The notes under the pieces were generated by a model. That model made no database searches. It worked only from the letters and a program-made list of their open reading frames with translations, and was not told the origin of the DNA. From a virus (lineage: Duplodnaviria; Caudoviricetes): a DNA stretch of 64,000 nucleotides. Positions 1 to 10,006 of this stretch are shown one piece after another. Both the position numbers and the translations under genes were made by a program. Every line of letters begins with the position of its first letter. The first letter of the stretch is position 1. The stretch lies in IMG/VR virus record IMGVR_UViG_3300037507_003370, positions 32,001 through 96,000 of that record. One strand, given 5' to 3'.

Positions 1-1
1 A

Positions 2-1609
2 TTACATGTAAGTGGTACTATTATTGCTAGTGGAGGAAATAGTACTAACTGGAACACTGCTTACGGATGGGGAAATCATGCTGTTGCAGGATATATAACT
101 AATTATATACCAGACGGGATTACTATTTTTGGAAATGATGGATCTAATCAAAATATAGTTTTTGAAAATGATGGTGCTCCAGTTGCAGATATTACTTGGG
201 ACGATCTTAATGATAGATTACAAATTAATGCTTTACAAGTAAACATTACCGCTGAAAACGGATTAATTGTAGAAACTGATAGTCCTATTCAGTTTAATCC
301 TAATGGTGGTGGAAATGTTGGAATAGGTATAGTCAACCCAACTTCTAAACTCCATGTTGCTGGAGACATTTTAGCAACAGGATCTTTTATTGGCGGGTCC
401 GGTACTGCCTCATTACCCTCTTTTGAATTTATTAATGATCCTGATACTGGTTTATTCTCTCCAGCAGCAAATACTTTTGGTATTAGTACTAGCGGAGCTG
501 AAAGATTAAGGGTAAGTAATATTGGAAATGTTGGTATTGGAACAAGCTCTCCCGGATCTCCTTTAACGATATCAACTGGTGGTGCTGCCGGAACTATAGA
601 TGGGGCATCTCAAACTCAAATCTTTCAAGTTAATGACGCTAGTTCCAGCGATTATGTCAATTTGGGTCATTTTAATTGCGAGAGTAATTTATCTCGTGGA
701 TCATTTATGTTAAGTAATAATGGTGGTAATGGAGCTTGGCAAGATAATTGTCTTCAATTTTTTACTCATGGCTCATCTTATGGATATGGATATTACGCTG
801 GTAATTTATCTGATGCTGGTTGTGCTATGATAGTAACACAAGGTTCAGAGATTACCAAACTACAAATAGGCAACTTTAATGCTGTTCCTATTGAGTTTTT
901 TACTAGTAATACATTTAGGATGATGATTGATAGTGGTGATGGAAATGTTGGAATAGGAACATCAACACCACAAGAAAAATTAGATGTTGATGGAAATATA
1001 AATATTAATGGTTCTATAAAGCATACAGTTAGTGCTTCAGATATATCTGATAATATAGCACCAATAACATGGTATAATATTTTTAATGATGTAAATAGTG
1101 TTATAGCAAAAATAGATGTTTCTACTGATAGCAGTCCAACTGAAGGCATGTTGGCTTTTCATACTAACGATGGATCAAGTTTACAAGAAAGAGTAAGAAT
1201 AACAGACGTTGGTAATGTAGGAATAGGAACATCAACTCCAGCAGAAAAATTAGATGTTGTTGGAAACGTTAATATAGATGGTAATCTTACTTTTGATAGT
1301 TATACTGAAAGTGTGGTATCTAATGGTAATAGTGGAGCTAGTAAAACTCTAAGCTTGGCCAGTGGAACTGTTCATACTTGTACCCTAACTGGTAACTGCA
1401 CGTTTACTATGCCCACAGCAACTGCCGGAAAGAGTTTTAGCATGTTCTTGAATAGTGGCAGTGGAAACTATACTGCGTCTTTCAGCGGAGTAAGATGGGC
1501 CGATAGTGCCATTCCAACAGCAACTATTACTGCTAGTAAAGTTGATATATATAGTTTCATTAGTGATGGTTCTTTCTGGTATGGTAGTTTCTCTCAAAAT
1601 TATGGTTAA
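2..1609 (+). CDS. Tail fibre protein, 5'-truncated (ORF is open from before base 1; the 662 start in the ORF track is an internal TTG)
   Basis: Frame 2 is open from base 2 (LHVSGTIIASGGNSTNWNTAYGWGNHA...) to TAA at 1607-1609. It carries four GNVGIG(T/I)xxPxxxLxV/I shaft repeats (~313, ~523, ~941, ~1211) and a C-terminal domain (YTESVVSNG...VRW...PT...VDIYSF..DG..WYG) typical of phage fibre tips. Confidence 0.8.
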   Translation, partial: LHVSGTIIASGGNSTNWNTAYGWGNHAVAGYITNYIPDGITIFGNDGSNQNIVFENDGAPVADITWDDLNDRLQINALQVNITAENGLIVETDSPIQFNPNGGGNVGIGIVNPTSKLHVAGDILATGSFIGGSGTASLPSFEFINDPDTGLFSPAANTFGISTSGAERLRVSNIGNVGIGTSSPGSPLTISTGGAAGTIDGASQTQIFQVNDASSSDYVNLGHFNCESNLSRGSFMLSNNGGNGAWQDNCLQFFTHGSSYGYGYYAGNLSDAGCAMIVTQGSEITKLQIGNFNAVPIEFFTSNTFRMMIDSGDGNVGIGTSTPQEKLDVDGNININGSIKHTVSASDISDNIAPITWYNIFNDVNSVIAKIDVSTDSSPTEGMLAFHTNDGSSLQERVRITDVGNVGIGTSTPAEKLDVVGNVNIDGNLTFDSYTESVVSNGNSGASKTLSLASGTVHTCTLTGNCTFTMPTATAGKSFSMFLNSGSGNYTASFSGVRWADSAIPTATITASKVDIYSFISDGSFWYGSFSQNYG

Positions 1610-1614
1610 TAATT

Positions 1615-2700
1615 ATGTTTAGTATAAGACAAAATCTCACTCAACGATCCTCAAGACTACCTAGAAAACGAAACCTTCTTGGTATGGATACTGTGTACAA
1701 GGCCCAACCATTTGTACAGGTTGTTGGTAAAAACGAGGATACTATTGGATTGAATTTTGTTAGTAAGGCACAACCGTTTGTTGCCGCATTTGATAATAGG
1801 CAAAAATCTCAATTAATATTAAGCGGAAATAACCATCCTGATGTACAATTATGGTTGAATAATATCTCATTAAATGGAGGCAGTGCTAGTTCTGGAACAA
1901 TTTCGGCATTAAATACCTTTTGTAATAGTATAGACAGTGCTGGGCTACGAAGTAAATTTTATAGACTTAATTTATTTTGTGGCAATAATTTAAATTCAGC
2001 TTTGGTTCCGCTATACGTTTCAACCAATTGGCTAAGTCCATCTTATGGATTTTCTGATTATGATAGAAATTTTAATTTTACAAATTCAGATTATTACGAA
2101 ACTGGATCTAGTGCTGGTTTAACTTCTAGCGGGGCTGATCCTACCCAGCAACTTGTTGGCACCAAGTATTTAGATACTGGATTTTTTCCTTCTATGGTTG
2201 GACCAGTTGGAAGTTTAATAGATAATTTACATATAGCAGCTACTGTTTCTACAACCGCAATATCTGCTGCTTTCCAAAGTATATTGTATGCTACTAATTC
2301 ATATGTTGATTTATGGTGGCTTGGTATTCAGTTACTTAGTGGATATGCTAATGTAAGAGCAAGCATAACACAGGCCTCATCAAACGGCATAAATGCTCAA
2401 TTGAGTCCGCTGTCAACAGGCTTAGTTTCTCCAGCAACTCATTTAATTAGTTCCAGGTTAACAACTACCGACTTTAGAGTTTATCAAGCTGGGTCACAAC
2501 TTGGAAGCACAAATACAACACCAATTACAGTCACCCTAACCCAACCAACTCCAACATTTTTGCTATTTAGACAAAGTGCTGGATATTATAGTAATCTGCG
2601 ATTAAGCGATTATTCGTTTGGAAAAGGATTAACAAGCTCAGAAGCTTCATCATATAGTAGCATACTACAAACTTTTAAAAATTCATTAACCAGGACTTGA
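1615..2700 (+). CDS. Putative virion structural/fibre-associated protein (361 aa)
   Basis: ORF lies between two fibre genes. N-terminal tandem KAQPF repeat, followed by a beta-rich Ser/Thr-rich domain. No confident family. Confidence 0.55.
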   Translation: MFSIRQNLTQRSSRLPRKRNLLGMDTVYKAQPFVQVVGKNEDTIGLNFVSKAQPFVAAFDNRQKSQLILSGNNHPDVQLWLNNISLNGGSASSGTISALNTFCNSIDSAGLRSKFYRLNLFCGNNLNSALVPLYVSTNWLSPSYGFSDYDRNFNFTNSDYYETGSSAGLTSSGADPTQQLVGTKYLDTGFFPSMVGPVGSLIDNLHIAATVSTTAISAAFQSILYATNSYVDLWWLGIQLLSGYANVRASITQASSNGINAQLSPLSTGLVSPATHLISSRLTTTDFRVYQAGSQLGSTNTTPITVTLTQPTPTFLLFRQSAGYYSNLRLSDYSFGKGLTSSEASSYSSILQTFKNSLTRT

Positions 2701-2701
2701 T

Positions 2702-5700
2702 ATGCCAACATTTTATTTAGATTATGAAAATGGAAATGATAATTATGGAGGAACTAGTTTCTCATTGTTGGCATCTGGTTCTGACGGGGCAATCTCTAGC
2801 ACAACATTTAGCTCTGCTACAGCCAACTTTCCAAATGATAACTCAATAGCCCCTCTTAAAAATATATGCTGGCACACCAATTTCTGGCAAAATTATGGGA
2901 CTTACAACGGCTGCAGATTGTTAAGCTTGGACTATTATGTCGATGAGATCATAAACGGTCCGACAGGGATAGATTCTTATATCTATTACCTTCAAGAATA
3001 TCCAACTGTCACGAATCATCTTGCCAGAACACAAGCTTCTCCTTTTGTTACATTATCAAATAGTACGCAGTATACATGTTCTGTTTACGTTAGAACTGCC
3101 GGGAGAAACAAGGTTATTCTTCAGTTATCAGATACGGCAAGATCAGCACGATTTAACTTGTCTAGTGGCACTGTTGAAGCAACAGGAGCCAGCGCAACAG
3201 CAGCAATTAGTAATGTTGGAGGTGGATGGTATAGATTAAGTATTACAGCAACATCGTCGGCCTCTGCATCAACCGATACTTTTGCTTTTTGTTTAGCCGA
3301 AGATAATTACACCGGATCAGACGCTTTTGGCCCCAGCTATATGGGAGATGCAACAAAAGGAATTTATTTCACAGCTGTTCAAATAGAGGCTTCGGCTTCT
3401 GTTACAACATATGAAAATCCTCCGGGACAAATATTGAGTATTTTTAATGGAAGCATATACGCTTACTATCATATAATAGCAAGAGTAAGTAGCACAAGCT
3501 TAACATTATCGGCCATTAGTTCAGGAACCGCATTAGCAAATACTAGTGCTCGTCAATACTTTATTGGTGGACGAATACAAACATTCACAAACGGATTAAC
3601 GGCAGTTAGAACTCATTCTTGTGATATTATAAGGGTTGAAGCTAGTCCAAGTCCAACAAGCATAGGAAATGCTACATGGAATGGATCTGGTTCTGCACCT
3701 ACTGTAGCAATAGCATCATCCACCAATGCTACTCCAATATCTATTACTACATCAGCCACACACGGATACTCAACCGGAGATACTGTATTTATATGTGATC
3801 ATCAAGGACACTCTGCTGTTAACGGAACATGGGAAATAGTGGTAACTGGACCAACTACATTTACACTTACAAATTCTGTTGGTACTGCAAGTGGTGGTGC
3901 TGGAACAGTAAGAAAAGCAACTAATTGCGTTATACGACTAGCATCTGCTCTAACCGAAAACATTGCTAGTCATGGCAACCAAGGTGAAGTAGGAGGAAGA
4001 ACAGCGTGGACAGCAACCGCTAATAATACTACCACGACATCGAGTACAACAAAACAAGGAAGCATGTCTGATAGCATATCCATTGGAGCAGCTTTTGCCA
4101 CAGGGTTAGTCGCATACAAGTCATTTTCAACCAAAGATCTAAGCGGATACCAACAGCTTAGTTTTTTTATACAGCAAACTGCTGGCGCAGTAGCAACAAG
4201 TGGCCAATTACAACTAAGGTTATGTAGCGATGCTGCTGGTGTAACGGCTGTAAATACTTTTAATATACCAGCTTTAGGAATCTTAAATAATTGGCATGTT
4301 TTTACCGTTGATCTTGGTACTAATTTAGGAAGTAGTATTCAAAGTGTAGCATTATATGCTGCTAGTGATTTAGGCGCACAAACTGTTTTATTGAGTAATA
4401 TTATTGCTTGCAAAGCTAGTTCTAGTGCGGACTCATTAAGTTTAACATCTCTTATTGGTAAAAATACAACTAACGAAAGTTGGTATCCTATAGAAAGTAT
4501 TGTTGGAACAAGAGTTATTATAGACGGAAGACTGTCTAACAATCCAACCGTTAGTACTGTGGGTAACTTTTCAAAAGGGTACTATGGAACTACTGAAACA
4601 ATAACAACATATAAAAGAGAAACAATTAAAACACCTCCGCAAAGTGCTGCTGCTAATGGTGTTCATATAATTAATGATAGTGCTAGTCACTTTGTTCCTT
4701 GTTTAACAATTGTTGGCGGATATGACAGAACTAATATGAGTACTCAGACCGGTATTACCTTCTTTGATGGACAAAATGGTTTGGGATACGGCATATCATC
4801 GGGATCCAGAGCTAGTTGGAGCTTTAAAAAGTTAGGATTTGTTAGATATGACAGAGTATCTGTCACAAATACAGGTTTTACTTGTTTTAAAGATTTTTAT
4901 GTTATAGGATGTAGTAATCAGTTTGATTCGCCAACAGCTACTCAGTTTTGTAAATTTGAAAATGTATTTTGTAATAATAATTTTATAGGTATGAATGCTG
5001 ATTTTGGTTTCAATGTGCATAAATTTACCAACTGCTATTTTTTAAGCAATAACAATAGCGCACTACGATTAAGCACATATAATAATGTTGTTTGGAATAA
5101 TTGTTCTTTTAACAATAATGGAGGCATAGCAATACTAAGTGCTGGAGGAGGAACAAATAATACTTGGAATAATTGCTCATTTCATAACAACCAAGGAGAA
5201 GCATATAGAACACAAGGAGTATCATCTAATGATGTGTTCAATAATTGTACAACTTCAAATATTAGTGTGTATAATGCTTTTTTTAGTTTTGGTGGAAGTA
5301 TATATTTAAATAATTGTTTAATCAATGAAAGCTCAGAATTTGGTTTTTATGGAGGAGGTAATGGCAGAATATATTGCACCACTCACGATAATACCTCTAA
5401 TAATTGGTTTATCTATACTGATTTTGGCTTGATAAGACCTCAAACAAGCGTAAGATATAGTAATACTGGATACGCATGGAGTTTGGCTCCAACAAGTGAT
5501 TATCGTAGAGATAATTATCCTCTTGATTTTCCAATATCTCAAATTGCTGTTAGTGCAAATAGCGTAGTTACAATCAAAGCGTGGATGAGGCGAACAAGTA
5601 CTGGTTTAATTTTTAGACTAAGGGTTAAGGGTGGACAAATAGCTGGAGTTACTAATGATGTAATAAGCTACATGACTGCTGCTGCTGATACTTGGGAACA

Positions 5701-5815
5701 AGTTTCTTTAAGTTTTACTCCTACCGAAGCTGGTGTTGTGGAACTATTAGCAGAGTGCTGGGGCGGATCAACATATACTGGATATATAGATGAATTAAGC
5801 ATAATACAAATATGA
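2702..5815 (+). CDS. Tailspike/fibre-like protein with carbohydrate-binding module and right-handed beta-helix (1037 aa)
   Basis: MPTFYLDYENGND start. CBM-like segment (YTCSVYVR...VGGGWYRLSIT...AVQIE). ITTSATHGYSTGDTV...NGTW beta module. Repeating WNNCSFNNN/FNNCT pectin-lyase-like beta-helix turns (~4850-5400). C-terminal jelly-roll (TIKAWMRR...DTWEQVSLSFTP). Confidence 0.7.
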   Translation: MPTFYLDYENGNDNYGGTSFSLLASGSDGAISSTTFSSATANFPNDNSIAPLKNICWHTNFWQNYGTYNGCRLLSLDYYVDEIINGPTGIDSYIYYLQEYPTVTNHLARTQASPFVTLSNSTQYTCSVYVRTAGRNKVILQLSDTARSARFNLSSGTVEATGASATAAISNVGGGWYRLSITATSSASASTDTFAFCLAEDNYTGSDAFGPSYMGDATKGIYFTAVQIEASASVTTYENPPGQILSIFNGSIYAYYHIIARVSSTSLTLSAISSGTALANTSARQYFIGGRIQTFTNGLTAVRTHSCDIIRVEASPSPTSIGNATWNGSGSAPTVAIASSTNATPISITTSATHGYSTGDTVFICDHQGHSAVNGTWEIVVTGPTTFTLTNSVGTASGGAGTVRKATNCVIRLASALTENIASHGNQGEVGGRTAWTATANNTTTTSSTTKQGSMSDSISIGAAFATGLVAYKSFSTKDLSGYQQLSFFIQQTAGAVATSGQLQLRLCSDAAGVTAVNTFNIPALGILNNWHVFTVDLGTNLGSSIQSVALYAASDLGAQTVLLSNIIACKASSSADSLSLTSLIGKNTTNESWYPIESIVGTRVIIDGRLSNNPTVSTVGNFSKGYYGTTETITTYKRETIKTPPQSAAANGVHIINDSASHFVPCLTIVGGYDRTNMSTQTGITFFDGQNGLGYGISSGSRASWSFKKLGFVRYDRVSVTNTGFTCFKDFYVIGCSNQFDSPTATQFCKFENVFCNNNFIGMNADFGFNVHKFTNCYFLSNNNSALRLSTYNNVVWNNCSFNNNGGIAILSAGGGTNNTWNNCSFHNNQGEAYRTQGVSSNDVFNNCTTSNISVYNAFFSFGGSIYLNNCLINESSEFGFYGGGNGRIYCTTHDNTSNNWFIYTDFGLIRPQTSVRYSNTGYAWSLAPTSDYRRDNYPLDFPISQIAVSANSVVTIKAWMRRTSTGLIFRLRVKGGQIAGVTNDVISYMTAAADTWEQVSLSFTPTEAGVVELLAECWGGSTYTGYIDELSIIQI

Positions 5816-5824
5816 GGTAAAAAT

Positions 5825-6007
5825 ATGGATTATAAAATTACTGAAGTCTTTCTTGATGAAGCCAATAAATATAGGACAAGAGTGGTTATTGACGAAAACT
5901 CAACCCAGTTCTTCAAATTTGATCACTATCCAACTCAAGAAGAAGTTAATGAATTAGTATCAAACTATTTACAATCACAAAATCCTAATAACGGAGAAAA
6001 TTTATGA
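5825..6007 (+). CDS. Small hypothetical protein, possible fibre assembly chaperone (60 aa)
   Basis: GAGGT at 5814-5818 precedes the ATG; directly follows a fibre gene; ATGA overlap with the next gene. Confidence 0.55.
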   Translation: MDYKITEVFLDEANKYRTRVVIDENSTQFFKFDHYPTQEEVNELVSNYLQSQNPNNGENL

Positions 6008-6336
6008 GTATTTTAGATAACAATCCACAAACTCCAGTTGATAAAGCCATTAGAGTAGCCAATAATATCAAAGGTACTACCAGACAAACTTTTCAAATGA
6101 TGACTAATGCTTTTAATATGGGTTCTAAAAATTTTTGGAACAATCCACACGCTACTCCTACTCAAATAGCAGAAGCCCTAGGAACCGATGCTAGGGAAGT
6201 ATTTGAATTACACTATGCATTAGGACAATTAATTAATAGTATAAAACCAGAGAGTATACAAGAAGGTTGGGCCGCTATTGGCCAATTTACCATGAACGAA
6301 GATGGTACTGTTACTATTATTGATAATAATACCTAA
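6004..6336 (+). CDS. Hypothetical protein, possible fibre assembly chaperone (110 aa)
   Basis: ATGA-coupled to the upstream ORF; position after the fibre genes. Confidence 0.55.
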   Translation: MSILDNNPQTPVDKAIRVANNIKGTTRQTFQMMTNAFNMGSKNFWNNPHATPTQIAEALGTDAREVFELHYALGQLINSIKPESIQEGWAAIGQFTMNEDGTVTIIDNNT

Positions 6337-6358
6337 TAGACATTTATATAAATACCAG

Positions 6359-6372
6359 GGTGTATATATTAC
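6359..6372 (+). promoter_or_regulatory. Putative phage promoter motif GGTGTA + AT-rich tail
   Basis: GGTGTATATATTAC in the gap upstream of 6418; the same hexamer recurs in other intergenic gaps. Confidence 0.5.
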
Positions 6373-6417
6373 TGGTGCGATATATAAAATATAATCTAAT
6401 ATTCATAAGGATTATAG

Positions 6418-7848
6418 ATGGCAGCTACGAACTATGATTTTACTATAGAGCAGGGTACTATCTTTGGATTAGATTTTGTTTATAAAAACTCATCTAATCA
6501 AATAATAGACATGTCCAATTATTGTTGTACATTAAGAATACAACCAAATGGTGGATCAAACACAAACTTGATCACTTATAGTACCACAGGAATTAATGTA
6601 AAATCATCTTATGCTTTTATTCTTTATCCAACAGAAGGAAAGATGTCTCTAAGACTACCAGCAGAAACCACAAATTCTTTCGACTGGGAGTCTGCTATTT
6701 ATGAGTTAGAAGTCATTACACCTGAATTATTTTATAGAGGAGGCTCAAGAGTTGTTAAAAGACTTTTGAAAGGCACAATAACATTAGACAAAAGATCGAT
6801 ACCTTCCCCAACCATACCAACTTGTATCACCACCCAAGAAGGAGGAGACAATGCAGAAGCAGCAGCAGACGCTGCTGGCTTAACGTCTTCTTTTGGAATT
6901 TTAGACAGTTGCATAGGCTCTCCTTGCGAATTTATAGGAGGAGATGCAACAATATATGAATTTATCAATAGCTCAACAGATGAGAGTGTAATGTATTTAA
7001 GAGATAAAATTGTTGACGAAAATCCTTATGGTAAAAGTTCACCATTTCCTTTCTCATTATCCGCCCCAGAGTCTAAACTTATAGAAAGGGTGGATGTTTT
7101 CATCGACGGACTCACCCATTCTGCACCACAAGATATTAGATTATTATTAACCCATAATGGTAGTGGTGTTTTATTATTAGATCAAAATAAGTTTACTTCT
7201 TATTCGAACAAACCCAAGAATTTATCTTTTGTTATATCCGATTATGCTGTTACCAGACCCAACGGAGAACGTCCTACAGTTGCTAATGTTATCGACTATA
7301 ACTTTTCTTTATTGGAAAATAAAAATCTTGGAGTTGCTTTACCAGGAGTACAAGGTCAATTTTCTTTGAGTAATAAGCTTATATACGACGCATTTGATAG
7401 TAACGATTCTAATAGAGACATATCTGTTTATGGTAGTGGCCTTAAAACATTCGAAGGAATGAATGTTAATGGTAGTTGGAAATTATATGGTATAGACTAT
7501 AATAATGGAGATGCTGGGGCAATAAGAGCTATCAAATTAATAGTTTATTTCCAGAATGAACAATCTAATGATTTAAATAATTCTTCCTCATGCGGATTAT
7601 TGCCAAGAGCCATAACTCTTATTGGAACTGCGGTAACAATATCTGGAGATTTAACATCTCAATTGTCAAATAACGATATCATAATTATAGAATATAATAA
7701 TGGCACTGGTACAGTCGCGTCCACTAGAACAATTAGCTCAGCCCCAAGTTATAGTACAGGCACAGGAAACACAACTTTCACTATAGACTCTGCTATAGGA
7801 GGCACAGTTAATAATCCTAAATTAATAAAATATAATACTATAGGATAA
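6418..7848 (+). CDS. Virion protein with N-terminal Ig-like baseplate/fibre-anchor domain and a proprotein-convertase P-domain-like module (476 aa)
   Basis: N-terminus YDFTIEQG...IIDMSNY...G.M.L.LPA.TT...YELE resembles BppU-type anchor domains. Middle IERVDVFI.GLTHSAPQDIRLLLTH...FEGMNVNGSWKL...D...GDAGAI..IKL matches the P-domain pattern. Confidence 0.65.
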   Translation: MAATNYDFTIEQGTIFGLDFVYKNSSNQIIDMSNYCCTLRIQPNGGSNTNLITYSTTGINVKSSYAFILYPTEGKMSLRLPAETTNSFDWESAIYELEVITPELFYRGGSRVVKRLLKGTITLDKRSIPSPTIPTCITTQEGGDNAEAAADAAGLTSSFGILDSCIGSPCEFIGGDATIYEFINSSTDESVMYLRDKIVDENPYGKSSPFPFSLSAPESKLIERVDVFIDGLTHSAPQDIRLLLTHNGSGVLLLDQNKFTSYSNKPKNLSFVISDYAVTRPNGERPTVANVIDYNFSLLENKNLGVALPGVQGQFSLSNKLIYDAFDSNDSNRDISVYGSGLKTFEGMNVNGSWKLYGIDYNNGDAGAIRAIKLIVYFQNEQSNDLNNSSSCGLLPRAITLIGTAVTISGDLTSQLSNNDIIIIEYNNGTGTVASTRTISSAPSYSTGTGNTTFTIDSAIGGTVNNPKLIKYNTIG

Positions 7849-7852
7849 AATT

Positions 7853-8446
7853 ATGGCAGATAATATTTTAATAAATGGATCTGAAATATTAAATATAGAA
7901 GATAATTTATTTGTATCTAATATAATTGAAATAAGTTCTGGATTTCCTGGTCCTCAAGGTCCGCCCGGTAGAGATGGTAGTGTTGGTCCTCGTGGACCAA
8001 AAGGAAAAACCGGCAGTAGTGGGTCTTTAGGATTTTCTTCTTATCAATCCACAGGTTTTGGCAAAGCTCCAGGAACAAGTCTTAATTCTGAACTAGATCC
8101 TATTTATTTACAGTTAACTAATACTGGAGCATATTTTATTAAAATAGGAATGACATTTGAGCCCCGCAATGGTGCCACAAGCTTAAGTTCTATTACTAGT
8201 GATGTTAACGCTTTAATTACTTTACCAAATCAAGATATTACATATATATATGGTATAGATTCCAATGATCTAAACAATACATATATTAGAAATATATCTA
8301 GTAGTGGTTTTTCTTTTGAAAAAGAAATATTTTGCGTAACATCTACTCCCGATTTAATTTTTAGAGTATTTTGGACTTCTGATAGTACTAGTAGTTCGTA
8401 TCTATATAGAAACAAAGGATACATGTTTGCTATAAAAGCGATTTAG
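7853..8446 (+). CDS. Collagen-like repeat-containing virion protein (197 aa)
   Basis: A run of consecutive Gly-X-Y triplets GFPGPQGPPGRDGSVGPRGPKGKTGSSGSLG, followed by a globular C-terminal domain. Confidence 0.7.
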   Translation: MADNILINGSEILNIEDNLFVSNIIEISSGFPGPQGPPGRDGSVGPRGPKGKTGSSGSLGFSSYQSTGFGKAPGTSLNSELDPIYLQLTNTGAYFIKIGMTFEPRNGATSLSSITSDVNALITLPNQDITYIYGIDSNDLNNTYIRNISSSGFSFEKEIFCVTSTPDLIFRVFWTSDSTSSSYLYRNKGYMFAIKAI

Positions 8447-8451
8447 GATTT

Positions 8452-9432
8452 ATGAAAGTTAAAATTTTAATTTATCTATATTATCCTTCCTTATGGGAAG
8501 AATACAAAGAATTATTGCTAAAAATAAAAGACTATATAGATATAGATTTATTATTATGTAATGATGACATAGAAAATAATAACGAATATATTGAGAAAGA
8601 TTGCTTAAATACTTTTAATGGGAACAGTATTGTTAGATATGTGGATAATAGAGGAGTTGATATAGGACCATTCCTATTACAAATGAAAGATCTAGATCCA
8701 AAAAAGCATAAATACTTTATTAAGTTACATTCTAAAAAATCTCTATGGGGTCGATATAAAAATGTAAATTGGAGGGAATTTTTAGTAAATGCATTAATAG
8801 GAAATAAAAATATTTTCCAAAATAACATTTCTAAAATGGATAATAACAATAAGATTGGAATGATAGGATCCAGAGCTCTTATCTTGAATAATGATAAAGA
8901 ATTTTATAATAAAAATATAATAGAATATTTAATGACTCATATTTTAAATTTATCAGATTATAATAATGATAATTGTAAATTCATTGGAGGAACAATGTTC
9001 ATGGCAAAATCAGAATTATTTAAAAAATATTTCCCCAATGAGATCTGCGACACTCTATACAATACTTTAAATTTTGGAATGATCTCAGATATAAAAGAAG
9101 GAACCATTCCCCATTCGCTAGAAAGAATATTTGGATATATTGTGGGCTTAGACAATCAGACAATAGAAGTATCTGATAGTGAAGATTTTATTCTCATAGA
9201 AAATAAAAACTTAAAAGAAATTTTTAAAATAATAATTACATACAATAACAATTGTTTTATATTTAATAAACCATTAATATGTGGTAAATTAATTAATAAT
9301 GTAAATGAAGATAATGATATATTTATCAATTGGCTTCATCTTTCTAAAAATGGTTCTATTAAGAAATATATAAAAAATAGCGATAACTTATATAATCAAA
9401 AAGGTATGAGCGCTATTATAAAGACTAATTGA
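8452..9432 (+). CDS. Rhamnan synthesis protein F (RgpF)-like glycosyltransferase (326 aa)
   Basis: Motifs VDNRGVDIGPF, FIKLHSKKS, WR..L...L, FIGGTMF and GTIPHSLERIFG match the RgpF family pattern. The gene is markedly AT-rich. Confidence 0.75.
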   Translation: MKVKILIYLYYPSLWEEYKELLLKIKDYIDIDLLLCNDDIENNNEYIEKDCLNTFNGNSIVRYVDNRGVDIGPFLLQMKDLDPKKHKYFIKLHSKKSLWGRYKNVNWREFLVNALIGNKNIFQNNISKMDNNNKIGMIGSRALILNNDKEFYNKNIIEYLMTHILNLSDYNNDNCKFIGGTMFMAKSELFKKYFPNEICDTLYNTLNFGMISDIKEGTIPHSLERIFGYIVGLDNQTIEVSDSEDFILIENKNLKEIFKIIITYNNNCFIFNKPLICGKLINNVNEDNDIFINWLHLSKNGSIKKYIKNSDNLYNQKGMSAIIKTN

Positions 9433-9441
9433 TCTATTTTA

Positions 9442-9455
9442 GGTGTAACTAATAT
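9442..9455 (+). promoter_or_regulatory. Putative phage promoter motif GGTGTA + AT-rich tail
   Basis: GGTGTAACTAATAT upstream of 9488. Confidence 0.5.
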
Positions 9456-9487
9456 TAGCACTCTTGCCATAGGGATAATATATAATT

Positions 9488-10006
9488 ATGTCAAATCCAT
9501 TTAGTAATATTATTTCAGAAAATTTTAAGCAAACATATAATTATGCAATAGATGCATTACTAGAGGATACTGCCTTAACAATACCGGCCACTTTTAAATA
9601 TTCTAGCACGTTCAGAGACTATTGTGGTAATTGTACATTTGATCCTATAGCTAACAAATCCTCAAACGAATATAATGGGACAGGACCTTCTCCATTTCAG
9701 AATAATAGTATTTGTCCTGTTTGCGGCGGATTTGGATATATAGACAAAGACTCAAAAGATACTGTTAGGATAGCAGTAATTCATGATACTAGATACTGGA
9801 TGGGTTGGAAATCAAAAACAGTTCAAATTCCGGATGGATCTGTACAAACAATATGTAAATATGAGCTAATAAATAAAATTAAAAACTGTAATTATGTTTA
9901 TTTTAATAACGATGATACAAATTTGTATACTCTGTCTGGAGAACCAGAAATAGCTGGACTTAGTTCGAAAGATTACTTAATTTGCATTTGGCAAAGACAA
10001 CAATGA
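9488..10006 (+). CDS. Putative head-closure/neck protein with Zn-finger-like insertion (172 aa)
   Basis: Two CxxC pairs (CGNC...CPVCGGFG); first gene of the neck-to-tail-tube run. Confidence 0.5.
   Translation: MSNPFSNIISENFKQTYNYAIDALLEDTALTIPATFKYSSTFRDYCGNCTFDPIANKSSNEYNGTGPSPFQNNSICPVCGGFGYIDKDSKDTVRIAVIHDTRYWMGWKSKTVQIPDGSVQTICKYELINKIKNCNYVYFNNDDTNLYTLSGEPEIAGLSSKDYLICIWQRQQ

Noticed and set aside
662-1609. ORF-track start at 662 as a real gene start
   Set aside because: The same frame is open back to base 2 with continuous fibre-repeat sequence; 662 is an internal TTG.
6347-6354. T4-type late promoter TATAAATA
   Set aside because: Noticed in only one intergenic gap of very AT-rich DNA; the other gaps share GGTGTA instead.
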